DNA from: an uncultured Eubacteriales bacterium
GTDB taxonomy: Bacteria > Bacillota > Clostridia > TANB77 > CAG-508
DNA: 64,000 nucleotides
Reading direction: 5' to 3'
Assembly (NCBI GenBank): GCA_902492015.1
Contig: CABUJR010000008.1
Coordinates: 33,509 to 97,508 of the forward strand
The notes under the pieces are model-generated. The model was given only the letters and a program-made list of their open reading frames with translations, did no database searches and was not told where the DNA came from. This document shows, in pieces, positions 31,277-41,868 of this stretch (position 1 is the first letter of the stretch; every line of letters starts with the position of its first letter). The position numbers and the translations under genes were made by a program.

Positions 31277-33733
31277 ATGGTATATAAATTTACGAAAAGT
31301 GGAGAAAAAGTCCTTGCAATAGCAAACGAACTTGCTTCAGATTTAGGTCATAGTTATATAGGAACAGAACATTTGTTATATGGGTTAGCTTGTGAAGAAA
31401 ATGGTGTTGCAGGTAAAGTTTTAGAAAATCAAGATATAACTCCAGAAGATATATTAGATAAAATAGAAGAATTAATAGGAGGACAAGTTAAAGAAAATTT
31501 TTCTGTTTTAGGATTTACTCCGAGAACAAAAAAAATTTTAGAAAACGCCTATTTAGAGGCAAAAAAACTTGGGTCCAATTATATAGGTACAGAGCATTTA
31601 TTAGTTGGAATGATGAAAGAAACTGATAGTATCGCAATTAGAATCTTGGTAGATTTAGAAGTAAATCCAGATGAAATGTTATCAGATATAGCTAAAACCT
31701 TAAATGAATTTGAAGAAAATATAAATAATAATCCAGAAAAACAAGAAAATTCTAGCTTTAATAATACACAAACTTTAAATCAATTTGGAAATGATTTAAC
31801 AAAACAAGCAAGAGAAGGAAAATTAGATCCTGTGATAGGTAGATTGGAAGAAACAGATAGAGTAATAGAAATTTTATCGAGAAGAACAAAAAATAATCCT
31901 TGTTTGATAGGGGAACCAGGAGTTGGAAAAACAGCGGTTATAGAAGGATTAGCACAAAAAATAATTAATGGAAACATTCCAGAAAATTTAAAAAATAAAA
32001 GAGTTATAACATTAGATATTACATCAATGGTTGCTGGAGCAAAGTATAGAGGTGATTTTGAAGAGAGAGTGAAAAAATGTTTAGCAGAAGTAAAAAAAGC
32101 AAAAGATATAATTTTATTTATTGATGAAATTCATACAATAGTTGGTGCTGGTGCTGCAGAAGGTGCAATAGATGCTGCTAATATTTTAAAACCACTTTTA
32201 GCAAGAGGCGAGATTCAAGTGGTTGGTGCAACAACAATAAAAGAATATAGAAAATATATAGAAAAAGATTCAGCACTTGAAAGAAGATTTCAGGCTGTGA
32301 ATATTGAAGAACCAAGTATTGAAGATACTAAAAAAATATTAGTAGGTTTAAGAGATAAATATGAGGCACATCATAATGTAAAAATAACAGATAGTGCAAT
32401 AAGTGCTGCAGTAGAACTTTCAAATAGATATATAAATGATAGATTTTTGCCAGATAAAGCAATAGATTTAATTGATGAGGCTGCTTCAAAAGTAAAATTA
32501 AAAGCTTTTGTCGAACCTGAATATTTAAAAAATATGGAAAAAGAATTAGATAAAGTAGTTAAAGAAAAAGAAGAAGCAATTAATACTCAAAACTATGAAA
32601 GGGCAGCTAAATTAAGAGATTATGAAAATGAATTAATTAATAAACTAGATGAGGAAAATGATAGGTGGAAAAATAAGAATGACAAAAAAATAATAAATAT
32701 AGAAAAAGATGATATAGAATATGTAATATCAAGATGGACAGGAATACCAATTTATAAAATAACAGAAACAGAAAATGAAAAATTAAAGAATTTGGAAAAA
32801 TCTTTGCATAAAAGAGTAATTGGACAAGAAGAGGCAATTTCTGCAATTTCAAAAGCAATCAGAAGGAGTAGATTAGGATTAAAAGATCCTAATAGACCAA
32901 TAGGTTCATTTTTATTTTTAGGACCAACTGGAGTGGGAAAAACAGAGCTTACAAAAGCATTAGCAGAAAGCTTATTTGGAAATGAAAATTCAATGATTAG
33001 AATGGATATGTCAGAATATATGGAAAGTCATTCGGTTTCAAAAATAATAGGTTCTCCTCCAGGATATGTGGGATATGACGAATCTAATGGTCTGAGTGAG
33101 AAAGTAAGGAGAAAGCCATATTCGGTTATTTTATTTGATGAAATTGAAAAAGCACATAGTGATATAATGAATATTTTACTTCAAATTTTAGAAGATGGAA
33201 TATTAACAGATAGCCAAGGAAGAACTGTAAGTTTTAAAAATAGTGTTATTATTATGACTTCTAATATTGGAGCAAGACAAATAACAAATAGGAAAAAAAT
33301 GGGATTTGGAAATGAAGAGTTTTCTGAAAAAAATGAATATAATGAAATAAAAAAATCTGTTATGTCTGAATTAAGAAGAGAATTAAAACCAGAATTTATA
33401 AATCGTATTGATGAGATTGTAATTTTTCATAAGTTAACAAAATTTGAAATTGCAAGTATCATAGATTTAATGTTAGATAAAGTAGAAGAGAGGTTAAATA
33501 AGCAAAATTATTATATAGAATTTGATAAATCGATAAAAAATATTATTCAAGAAAAAGGTACAGATTCAAATTATGGTGCAAGACCAATAAGGAGAGCAAT
33601 TCAAGTCTATATTGAAGATAAGATTGCTGAAGGGATAATAAATGGAGTCATAAATAAAAATGAAAAAAATGTAATTTTATCTGATGGAGAAAATATCATA
33701 TTTAGAAAAATAGGAGAATTTACAAAGGTTTAA
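31277..33733 (+). CDS. clpC: ATP-dependent Clp protease ATP-binding subunit ClpC
   Basis: Tandem Clp_N repeats, two AAA+ modules (GEPGVGKTA; GPTGVGKTE), short UVR-like middle domain; start taken at MVYKF with GGAGG RBS. Confidence 0.85.
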   Translation: MVYKFTKSGEKVLAIANELASDLGHSYIGTEHLLYGLACEENGVAGKVLENQDITPEDILDKIEELIGGQVKENFSVLGFTPRTKKILENAYLEAKKLGSNYIGTEHLLVGMMKETDSIAIRILVDLEVNPDEMLSDIAKTLNEFEENINNNPEKQENSSFNNTQTLNQFGNDLTKQAREGKLDPVIGRLEETDRVIEILSRRTKNNPCLIGEPGVGKTAVIEGLAQKIINGNIPENLKNKRVITLDITSMVAGAKYRGDFEERVKKCLAEVKKAKDIILFIDEIHTIVGAGAAEGAIDAANILKPLLARGEIQVVGATTIKEYRKYIEKDSALERRFQAVNIEEPSIEDTKKILVGLRDKYEAHHNVKITDSAISAAVELSNRYINDRFLPDKAIDLIDEAASKVKLKAFVEPEYLKNMEKELDKVVKEKEEAINTQNYERAAKLRDYENELINKLDEENDRWKNKNDKKIINIEKDDIEYVISRWTGIPIYKITETENEKLKNLEKSLHKRVIGQEEAISAISKAIRRSRLGLKDPNRPIGSFLFLGPTGVGKTELTKALAESLFGNENSMIRMDMSEYMESHSVSKIIGSPPGYVGYDESNGLSEKVRRKPYSVILFDEIEKAHSDIMNILLQILEDGILTDSQGRTVSFKNSVIIMTSNIGARQITNRKKMGFGNEEFSEKNEYNEIKKSVMSELRRELKPEFINRIDEIVIFHKLTKFEIASIIDLMLDKVEERLNKQNYYIEFDKSIKNIIQEKGTDSNYGARPIRRAIQVYIEDKIAEGIINGVINKNEKNVILSDGENIIFRKIGEFTKV

Positions 33734-33956
33734 AATTTTAATTTAAAATTGTTAATATATATATAATTTAAAAAATAAGTGAAGAATCGCAATTACAACT
33801 GCTGTTCTAGCATACTGTAATAAATAAAAAACTAAGATAATTATGAAATGAGCTCTAAGTGTCAGATACTTTTAAGCTAGTTCATTTTATCTTAGTTTTA
33901 TTTATTCTTTTATTTATAATATTTTATAGTAAATTTGCAGGTGAGTACAGAAAATT

Positions 33957-34832
33957 TTATGATTTTTGCATATTAGCAGGATGAACATGCACAACAGCTT
34001 TTTCAATTTTATCTAAAGCTTCAACATCTTTTTCTAAATGATTTGCAAGTGCATGGCTATCATAAGTACTCATATTTCCATCAACTGCAATAGTAAAAAT
34101 AACTAAATAGTGGTAGCCTATTGGAGTACAGTAAAGATTATAACAATTTTTTATTTCTTCATGTTCTTTTACTAAGTTCATTATAAATTCTTTAGTTTTA
34201 GCATCTAAAGAAACATCCATAAGAACATTATAGCTTTCTATAAAAATGCCAAGACCAGTAATAAAAATCCAAATTGAAATTCCTATACCAACAATTGAGT
34301 CTATCCAATAAATACCAAAATATCCAAATAAAATTGAAATAAGTGTGAAAGTTGTAACAATACAGTCATTTTTATGGTCTTTATAATTAGATTTTAAAAG
34401 GATACTATTATATTTCTTATATAATGTTTTTGTATAAATATATAAACATAATTTTGTTATAATTGTTAGAATACATACAACAATCAGAATCCAAGAAAAT
34501 TCAAAATAAGACTTATTTACAAGTTTTATTAATGAATCAACAAGAAGTTTTAAAGAAACTAAAAGCATCGTAATGCTTATGAAAAGTGAAAAAATATATT
34601 CAGCTTTCCCATGTCCCAAATTATGATCTTCATCTTTAGGCTCACTAGAAATTTTACTTCCTATAAAAGTCATAAGAGAAGCTAAAATATCTGATGCACT
34701 ATTAAAGGCATCAGCAATCATTGATTGGCTTTTAGTAATAAATCCTATAAAACCTTTTATAATTAATAAAAAAATATTTCCTAAAATTCCAAGCATTCCA
34801 GCTTTTTTTATATCTTTAAATCTTTTTTCCAT
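33957..34832 (-). CDS. cation diffusion facilitator family transporter
   Basis: Six TM helices with HxxxD-type metal-site motifs, C-terminal cytoplasmic domain; start taken at MEKRFK. Confidence 0.7.
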   Translation of the reverse strand: MEKRFKDIKKAGMLGILGNIFLLIIKGFIGFITKSQSMIADAFNSASDILASLMTFIGSKISSEPKDEDHNLGHGKAEYIFSLFISITMLLVSLKLLVDSLIKLVNKSYFEFSWILIVVCILTIITKLCLYIYTKTLYKKYNSILLKSNYKDHKNDCIVTTFTLISILFGYFGIYWIDSIVGIGISIWIFITGLGIFIESYNVLMDVSLDAKTKEFIMNLVKEHEEIKNCYNLYCTPIGYHYLVIFTIAVDGNMSTYDSHALANHLEKDVEALDKIEKAVVHVHPANMQKS

Positions 34833-34956
34833 AGAAAAGACCTCCATATATAAATTATATGATAACATATAATAAAAATTTTACAAGATATTGATAAAAA
34901 AAAATCTATATGTTATAATCGCTTTAGTTTTAACAAATGAAAGAAAGGTGTTTTAT

Positions 34957-35292
34957 TTGATATTTATAGTAATAATAATATGTATTATGGTATTAACAAT
35001 ATTATTTTTAGCTGTACTTGCTGTAGCTCAAATAAAAATGGCTGGAATGAATGTAAAGGATTTTTGGTCATTTATAAAAGCTAATGACACTTTAAATAAA
35101 TTATATGCCTTTTCAATAAAATATGAACAATTAACTCCACAACAACAGGTATTATTTTTAAAAGAAGCGGACATAGTTTTTGATGCTTTTGGAAAAGTAC
35201 CAGATGCCTTGTGGGAAGAAGAATATCAAAAATATATGGAAATTTTAAATAAATATAAAGATATAAAAATTACAAGATGGGAATCTCAGTAG
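34957..35292 (+). CDS. hypothetical small membrane protein
   Basis: Start uncertain (TTG 34957 or ATG 34987); one TM helix then a soluble tail; the ORF-track start at 34891 lies inside the promoter. Confidence 0.3.
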   Translation: MIFIVIIICIMVLTILFLAVLAVAQIKMAGMNVKDFWSFIKANDTLNKLYAFSIKYEQLTPQQQVLFLKEADIVFDAFGKVPDALWEEEYQKYMEILNKYKDIKITRWESQ

Positions 35293-35467
35293 TAAGAGAT
35301 TCTTTTTTTTGATAGAAAAATTTTAAACTTCCTATTATAAATACTTTGTTTAGCTTTGTGCACAAATTTCATTGCATATTAGAATAATTATTATAAGCTT
35401 TAACTTTTTATAAAAAAATACATATTATATAAACAAATGGGTTTATACTAAAAAGGGAAGGTGTTAT

Positions 35468-36607
35468 ATGAAAATTAGATATTTTGATCATTCTGCCACT
35501 ACTGCTGTTGACAATAGAGTATTAGAAGCTATGATTCCATATTTTTCTGAAAATTATGGAAATCCTTCTTCAGTATATGGAATTGGAAAAAGTAATAAAG
35601 AAGTAATAAATATTTGTAGAATGAAAATTGCGAGTATGTTAAATTGTAAAGTAAATGAAATTTATTTTACTAGTTGTGGAAGTGAAAGTGATAATTTAAT
35701 ATTAAAAGGTATTGCTTTTGCAAATAAAAATAAAGGAAATCATATAATTACAACTAAAATAGAACATCCGGCAATATTAGATACTTGTAAATTTTTAGAA
35801 AAATTTGGATATAGGATAACTTATCTAGCTCCTAAATCAAATGGAATAATTGATATAAATGAACTTGAAAAAAGTATAACTAAAAATACAATTTTAATAA
35901 GTGTTATGTATGCAAATAATGAAATTGGAACAATACAACCTATAAGAGAAATAGGGGAAATAGCAAAAAAATATGGAGTTTTTTTTCATACAGATGCAGT
36001 TCAAGCAATAGGTAATATAAAAATCAATGTAAGAGAAGAAAATATTGGAGCTATTTCTTTATCTGCACATAAATTCTATGGACCAAAAGGTATGGGAGTT
36101 GCTTATATTAATGAAAATATACCTTTTTGGAGAATTCAAGATGGAGGTCATCAGGAAAGAAATAAAAGAGCTGGTACAGAAAATGTTCCTGGAATAGTTG
36201 GTCTTACAAAAGCTATGGAAATTGCAGAAGAAAATTTGGTAGAATATAATAAAAAATTAAAAACTTTAAGAGATTTTTATATATCAGAAATAAGAAAAAG
36301 AGTACCATATATAAGAATTAATGGTGATTTAGAAAATAGGTTATCTGGAAATGCTAATATTTGTTTTAATGGAGTTGATGGAAGTAAGTTATTAGCAGAA
36401 TTAGATCAAAAGGGAATTTGTGCTTCTAGTGGTTCTGCATGTAGTGCTGGATTAATTACTCCATCACATGTATTATTAGCGATAGGTGTACCAAGCAAAA
36501 TTGCAAGTAGTAGTTTGAGAGTGAGTTTTGGAAAAGAAAATACTTTAGAAGACACTGAATATTTAATAGAAAGTATTGAAGAAATTGTAATGAAGCTTAG
36601 AAATTAG
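35468..36607 (+). CDS. cysteine desulfurase (NifS/IscS-type class V aminotransferase)
   Basis: PLP-lysine motif SLSAHKFYGPKGMG and C-terminal catalytic Cys loop (SSGSACSAG). Confidence 0.85.
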   Translation: MKIRYFDHSATTAVDNRVLEAMIPYFSENYGNPSSVYGIGKSNKEVINICRMKIASMLNCKVNEIYFTSCGSESDNLILKGIAFANKNKGNHIITTKIEHPAILDTCKFLEKFGYRITYLAPKSNGIIDINELEKSITKNTILISVMYANNEIGTIQPIREIGEIAKKYGVFFHTDAVQAIGNIKINVREENIGAISLSAHKFYGPKGMGVAYINENIPFWRIQDGGHQERNKRAGTENVPGIVGLTKAMEIAEENLVEYNKKLKTLRDFYISEIRKRVPYIRINGDLENRLSGNANICFNGVDGSKLLAELDQKGICASSGSACSAGLITPSHVLLAIGVPSKIASSSLRVSFGKENTLEDTEYLIESIEEIVMKLRN

Positions 36608-36686
36608 AAAAGTTTTGAATAAGTTATATAAATAAAAAGGAAACTAATTTTAGTTAGTTTCCTTTACTTTATTATTTAGTTATTAT

Positions 36687-37601
36687 TTACTTATTATTAT
36701 TTTTTTCATTTTTTACTATATCTGACATAGCTCCTAAACTTCCAAGAGCTTGTGTTGCTTCAAAAGGAATAAATATTTTGTTTGCTTGACCTTTGGCAAC
36801 TTCTTGTAAAGCTTCTAGTGATTTTAATTGAACTAATTTTTCATCAGGATCAGATTTTTTAATTGCGTCATAAACTCTTTGAATTTCTTGAGCTCTAGCA
36901 TCAGCAACTTGTTTAATAGCTTCGGCCTCACCAGTAGCTCTTCTAATTCTAGATTCTCTATCAGCTTCTGCATCTAATATTGCAGCTTGTTTTCTACCTT
37001 CAGCAAGTGTAATAGCAGATTGTCTTTCTCCTTCGGCTTCAAGAATTAAAGCTCTTTTATTTCTTTCAGCATTCATTTGTTTTTCCATTGCATCTCTAAT
37101 ATCAGCAGGTGGAGTAATATCTTTAATTTCAACTCTGTCTATTTTACAACCCCAAGCATCTGTTGCTTCATCAAGAATAACTCTTAATTTATCATTAATT
37201 TCGTCTCTTGAGCTGAAAGTTTGGTCTAATTCCATTTTACCAACAATATCACGAATGGTTGTTATTGCTAGGTATTCAATACCTTTTTTCAAACTTTGAA
37301 TTTCATATACTGCTTTAGCTGGATCTGTAATTTTGTAGAACACAACAGTATCTATAGTAATTGTAACATTATCTGATGTGATAACTCCTTGTGGTGGAAT
37401 ATCCATTGTTTGTTGTTTTAAACTAACAACTGAACGAACCTTATCTAAGAAAGGTATGATAATTGTAAGACCTGCATCAGCTACTTTATGAAATCTACCT
37501 AATCTTTCGATAATATAAACTTCTGATTGTCTAACAACTTTGATTGTTTTGTAAGCTACAATACAAATGATAACAAATAATACTAATAAAAATCCTCCCA
37601 T
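36687..37601 (-). CDS. SPFH/band-7 (stomatin-like) protein
   Basis: N-terminal TM, SPFH domain, Ala/Glu-rich coiled-coil tail (EAEGERQSAITLAEGRKQAAI). Confidence 0.8.
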   Translation of the reverse strand: MGGFLLVLFVIICIVAYKTIKVVRQSEVYIIERLGRFHKVADAGLTIIIPFLDKVRSVVSLKQQTMDIPPQGVITSDNVTITIDTVVFYKITDPAKAVYEIQSLKKGIEYLAITTIRDIVGKMELDQTFSSRDEINDKLRVILDEATDAWGCKIDRVEIKDITPPADIRDAMEKQMNAERNKRALILEAEGERQSAITLAEGRKQAAILDAEADRESRIRRATGEAEAIKQVADARAQEIQRVYDAIKKSDPDEKLVQLKSLEALQEVAKGQANKIFIPFEATQALGSLGAMSDIVKNEKNNNK

Positions 37602-37630
37602 ATTATTAAAACTCCTCCTTAAATTTTATA

Positions 37631-38077
37631 TTAGTGTTTCATTAATGGTTTTACTAAAACCTTAACTCCGTCAATTTTTTCTATTATAACTTCGGTATCT
37701 TTGGCAATATATGTATCATCAACAGATTTAGCAGACCAGGTTTCGCCATTAATTTTTACTTGACCTTTACCTTCAATAGGTTCAATGTCTACAACAACTT
37801 TACCAACTTTACCTTCTATAGAATAAGCATTTGTTTTTACGAAGCTTTCTTTTGGCAAAATTTTATTTACAAAAGGTTTTGTTGCAAATAATAAAATTGT
37901 AGAAACAATTAAAAAGATAACAGTTTGAGCTATAACACTTTCGATAAAGAAACTTGCTATCATTGCTACTAAAGCACCTATTGCAAACCAAAATATTAAA
38001 AATCCCATGTTAAGGATTTCAATAATTAGGAATATGCCAGCGGCTACTAACCATAATTTCCACATATTAACCTCCAA
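37631..38077 (-). CDS. NfeD-family membrane protein (partner of the SPFH protein)
   Basis: Membrane N-terminal part plus a C-terminal beta-barrel-like domain; lies immediately upstream of and co-oriented with the SPFH gene. Confidence 0.65.
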   Translation of the reverse strand: MEVNMWKLWLVAAGIFLIIEILNMGFLIFWFAIGALVAMIASFFIESVIAQTVIFLIVSTILLFATKPFVNKILPKESFVKTNAYSIEGKVGKVVVDIEPIEGKGQVKINGETWSAKSVDDTYIAKDTEVIIEKIDGVKVLVKPLMKH

Positions 38078-38503
38078 TCCATTCTTACAAAAGAATAATA
38101 AACTTCATTTCTATTATACTATATAACTTTACAAAAGAAAACAGTTTTTGTCAAAAAACTACAAAATATTTATTACTATTAGCTATTATAAGATAAAATA
38201 AGTTAAATAGACTAAAAAAGTGATTAAATTATATAGTAAATTATTAAATAATTTTATTTTTAAAATAAAAAATTACATATTTAATAAAGAATATGAAGCA
38301 AAATATAATTTATTCAGAATAAAACTAAAAATAAAAATAATTATTAATTTTTTTATTAAACATTGAAAACTCTTAAAATTAGAAAATTTTTTTTGATAAT
38401 ATTTCTAATAATTGTAATTTTATCTAGATTTTTTTAAAACCATATTATATAATTCAAACTATAATTATAATTAAAGAAATTAAATGGAGTAAGAATTGAA
38501 CAA

Positions 38504-39688
38504 ATGAAAAAAAAGCAAAAAAAATTAAATAAGTTAGCAATAAGAAGATGTATAATTGTTTTTTTAGCAATAATAATTTTTTTAATATTAATTTCAAGTA
38601 TAATAAATAAAAATAAGAATAAGTATAAAGAATTAACAATCCTTTTAAATAATGAGTTTATAGAAGCTTCAAAAGAAGTAATAATAGAAGATGATAACAT
38701 ATTTTTTTCAAAAGAGGACATAAAGAGAGTATTTGATGACACTATATATTATAACGAAGCAGAAAAAGAGTTAATAACTACATATAATACACATGTTGCT
38801 TTATTAAAAGTGGATGAACAATATGCTCTAATAAATGATCAAAATGTGGAATTAAAAGGTAAGTTGAAAGAAGCAAATGATACAATTTATTTGCCATTAA
38901 CAGATTTAGAAGCTGTTTATGATATAGATTTAGAATTTTCAAAAAATAGTAATAGGATAATAATTGATTCTACTCAAAAAAAGAAAGTTGAAGCAACTAT
39001 CTTAAAAAGAACTAATGTAAAGAATAAAAAAGGATTATTTAGTAAAAATATAGAGAAATTAATAATAGGTGACAAAGTTACTGTTTTAGAAGAAAATGGT
39101 AACTATAAGAAGATAAGAACAGCTTTAGGAAATATAGGATATGTAAAATCCAAGGCATTATCTGATGATATTGTAATTAGAGAAGATTTGCAAACTAATA
39201 ATAAACAAGAATTAGTAGTTTATAATGGATACTCAAATATTTCTGGAATTTATGATAATATTCAAGTGGACACCAGCAAGCTAAATGTTGTAGTACCAAC
39301 ATTTTTCTATATAGAAAAAAATTCAGAAGTATTAGATAAATCATCAGTAGGTACAGCAACTTATGCTGTTTATAAAAATTGGACAGATTCTAATAAATTA
39401 CAAATATTACCAGTACTTACAAATGACGTTCCTATATCAACAAGTTTACTTTCATATTCAGAAAGAAGTACAATAATTAATTCTGTAAAAGAATTAGTAA
39501 AAAAGAACAATTATATTGGGATAAATATAGATTTTGAAAAAATAGATGATCCAAATAGTTTTTACAGATTTATTTTAGAATTGGTACCAAGATTTAAAGC
39601 AGAAGATTTAAAAGTTTTTGTAACTTTAAATAATACTATAGATAAAGAAAAAATTGAAAATGTAGTAGATTATATAATTGAAGAATAA
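38504..39688 (+). CDS. membrane-anchored SH3b plus GH18-like protein, C-terminally truncated
   Basis: TM helix; SH3b-like segment (GDKVTVLEENGNYKKIRTALGNIGYVKS); GH18 catalytic motif YIGINIDFE; ORF stops within the VDYI (VDYINxMxYD) beta-6 motif. Confidence 0.45.
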   Translation: MKKKQKKLNKLAIRRCIIVFLAIIIFLILISSIINKNKNKYKELTILLNNEFIEASKEVIIEDDNIFFSKEDIKRVFDDTIYYNEAEKELITTYNTHVALLKVDEQYALINDQNVELKGKLKEANDTIYLPLTDLEAVYDIDLEFSKNSNRIIIDSTQKKKVEATILKRTNVKNKKGLFSKNIEKLIIGDKVTVLEENGNYKKIRTALGNIGYVKSKALSDDIVIREDLQTNNKQELVVYNGYSNISGIYDNIQVDTSKLNVVVPTFFYIEKNSEVLDKSSVGTATYAVYKNWTDSNKLQILPVLTNDVPISTSLLSYSERSTIINSVKELVKKNNYIGINIDFEKIDDPNSFYRFILELVPRFKAEDLKVFVTLNNTIDKEKIENVVDYIIEE

Positions 39689-39704
39689 AATAGGAGAGAA
39701 AAAT

Positions 39705-40793
39705 ATGAAAAAAATAGTAATTTTACTAATAATTATTTTAGCAATAGTGATTATAGGTATAGCAGGAATATTTATTTGGTATAACAGTAACTTAAAACCT
39801 GTAAGTAAAGTTCCTGTGGAAGAAAATGAAGTGATTAGAGTTGAAATACCAGAAGGATATGGGATTTCAGATATTGCAAAATTATTAGAAGATTCTAATA
39901 TAATAAAAAATGCAACTGTAATGAAGATGTATTCAAAAATTAATAACATATCTTCTTTAAAAGCTGGAAAATATGATTTTAATAATAGTGAGGACATACC
40001 TCAAATAGTAGAGCATATTTTAAATGGTGAAGTTGCAAATGATGAAGTAAATATTACTTTTATTGAAGGAAAAAATATGAGATGGATAGCAAAAACAATA
40101 GCAAATAAAACAGTAAATACAGAAGAAGATGTTTACAATTTGCTATCTAATGAAGAATATATTGATTCATTAATAGAAAAATATTGGTTTATAACAGATG
40201 AAATAAAAGATGAGAGAATATATTATCCTTTAGAAGGATATTTACTACCAGATACTTATACTTTTGAAAATGATGAAGTTTCAGTAGAAACAATTTTTAA
40301 TGTAATATTAAATTTTACTCAAAAATATTTAAATGAATATAAAGAAGAAATAGAAAATAATAATTTAACAGTACATCAAATTTTAACACTTGCATCTATT
40401 GCAGAACTTGAAGGTAAATCAACAGAAGATAGGGCAGAAATTATAGGAGTATTTTTCAATAGAATTAATGACAAAATGAGTTTAGGAAGTGATGTTACAA
40501 CATATTATGCTTTTAAAGTAGATATGGGAGAAAGAGATTTAACAGCAAAAGAATTAAATACTGAAAATCCTTATAATACAAGAGGACCAAATATGGCAGG
40601 AAAAATACCTGTTGGACCAATATGTAATCCAAGCAAATCAGCAATAGAAGCAACACTAAATTATAAAGAGACTGATTCATATTATTTTGTTGCAGATAAA
40701 AATGGAAAAGTATATTTTACAAAAACAAATGAAGAGCATAATCAAAAAATTAAGGAATTAAAAGATGAAGGTCTTTGGTATGTTTATGAATAG
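39705..40793 (+). CDS. mltG: endolytic murein transglycosylase MltG (YceG family)
   Basis: N-terminal TM plus YceG domain; start taken at MKKIVI with GGAGAG RBS. Confidence 0.8.
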   Translation: MKKIVILLIIILAIVIIGIAGIFIWYNSNLKPVSKVPVEENEVIRVEIPEGYGISDIAKLLEDSNIIKNATVMKMYSKINNISSLKAGKYDFNNSEDIPQIVEHILNGEVANDEVNITFIEGKNMRWIAKTIANKTVNTEEDVYNLLSNEEYIDSLIEKYWFITDEIKDERIYYPLEGYLLPDTYTFENDEVSVETIFNVILNFTQKYLNEYKEEIENNNLTVHQILTLASIAELEGKSTEDRAEIIGVFFNRINDKMSLGSDVTTYYAFKVDMGERDLTAKELNTENPYNTRGPNMAGKIPVGPICNPSKSAIEATLNYKETDSYYFVADKNGKVYFTKTNEEHNQKIKELKDEGLWYVYE

Positions 40794-40928
40794 AAAAGCT
40801 CGAATACATAATAATTTTTATTATGTATTCGAGTTTTATCAGTTGTAGGATAAGTAAAAAAACAATTTTCGCCAATTTTTTTGATTTTTAAAAGTTGTAA
40901 TTATAGTTTTTTAGTGAAAGGAGAAAAA

Positions 40929-41138
40929 ATGAAAAATAAATTAATAATTGCTATTATTGTTTTAATAATTGTATCTTGCTTAATATATTTTTATATAGAA
41001 AGAAATCAAACTGAAACTATATTAGCTACAGAGGAAAAATCTAAAAATATAACTAATTTGGAATCAGAAACTGAAATTACTCATATTGATAAAAGTGCTT
41101 ATGAAGATAATAAAGATATAGATATTCGGAACACATAA
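40929..41138 (+). CDS. small membrane-anchored protein
   Basis: GAAAGGAGAAAAAATG RBS; one TM helix; 69 aa. Confidence 0.3.
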   Translation: MKNKLIIAIIVLIIVSCLIYFYIERNQTETILATEEKSKNITNLESETEITHIDKSAYEDNKDIDIRNT

Positions 41139-41157
41139 TGATTTAAGTTTTATAAAA

Positions 41158-41475
41158 ATGTATTTTAAAGAAAATTCTTTTTCAACAAAGAATGCTATAG
41201 TAGTTATGGCAAATAATAATACAACACAAAGTTTTTGTACAACAAATGGATTTATATTAAATAAATGTGAAAATGAGGAATGGGTTACTATTTCATCATG
41301 GGGAACTCAAGAAATAGGATTGTTTATACCACCATCTGGAACTATTGAATTTACAATAGACTGGGTAAAGGAATATAAAGAATTAGAAAAAGGAAGATAT
41401 AGATTATTAAAAGTAAATTCAAGTAATTATGATTCTAATCCACATGAAAATCTTATATTAGAATTTGAAGTTTAA
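41158..41475 (+). CDS. hypothetical protein
   Basis: 105 aa, no motif. Confidence 0.3.
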   Translation: MYFKENSFSTKNAIVVMANNNTTQSFCTTNGFILNKCENEEWVTISSWGTQEIGLFIPPSGTIEFTIDWVKEYKELEKGRYRLLKVNSSNYDSNPHENLILEFEV

Positions 41476-41544
41476 AAATAAGACAAGAAAATATAGATTG
41501 ATTGAAATAAAATTATATAGTCTTAAATGAAATATGAATAAAAC

Positions 41545-41830
41545 TTGACAAATTAAGAAAAAATAGGTTATAATAGTTATATTATTATATGTTGCGATGA
41601 AGATGAAAGCAGTTGAAAAACATTTATACAGAGAGAAAATGCCATCGGCTGAGAGCATTTTTAAATTAAGTTCAATTTGTGAAACACATTGGAGCAATAA
41701 AATAAATGTTAAATTTATCTAGCATTTATATTAAAGTGGAAAACCTAGTGTTTTCAAATAGGGTGGCACCGCGGAAGTATAGCTTTCGTCCCTGTAACGT
41801 AAGTTACAGAGATGAAAGCTTTTTTGTTTT
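41545..41830 (+). promoter_or_regulatory. T-box riboswitch leader of aspS (promoter, stem I, T-box sequence, terminator)
   Basis: TTGACA-18-TATAAT; AGAGA distal-loop motif; conserved T-box AAATAGGGTGGCACCGCGG at 41755-41773; terminator GCTTTCGTCCCTGTAAC...GTTACAGAGATGAAAGC plus TTTTTT. Confidence 0.7.
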
Positions 41831-41868
41831 ACCTCCGTCCCTATATAAAAAAGAAAAGGAGCGAATTT

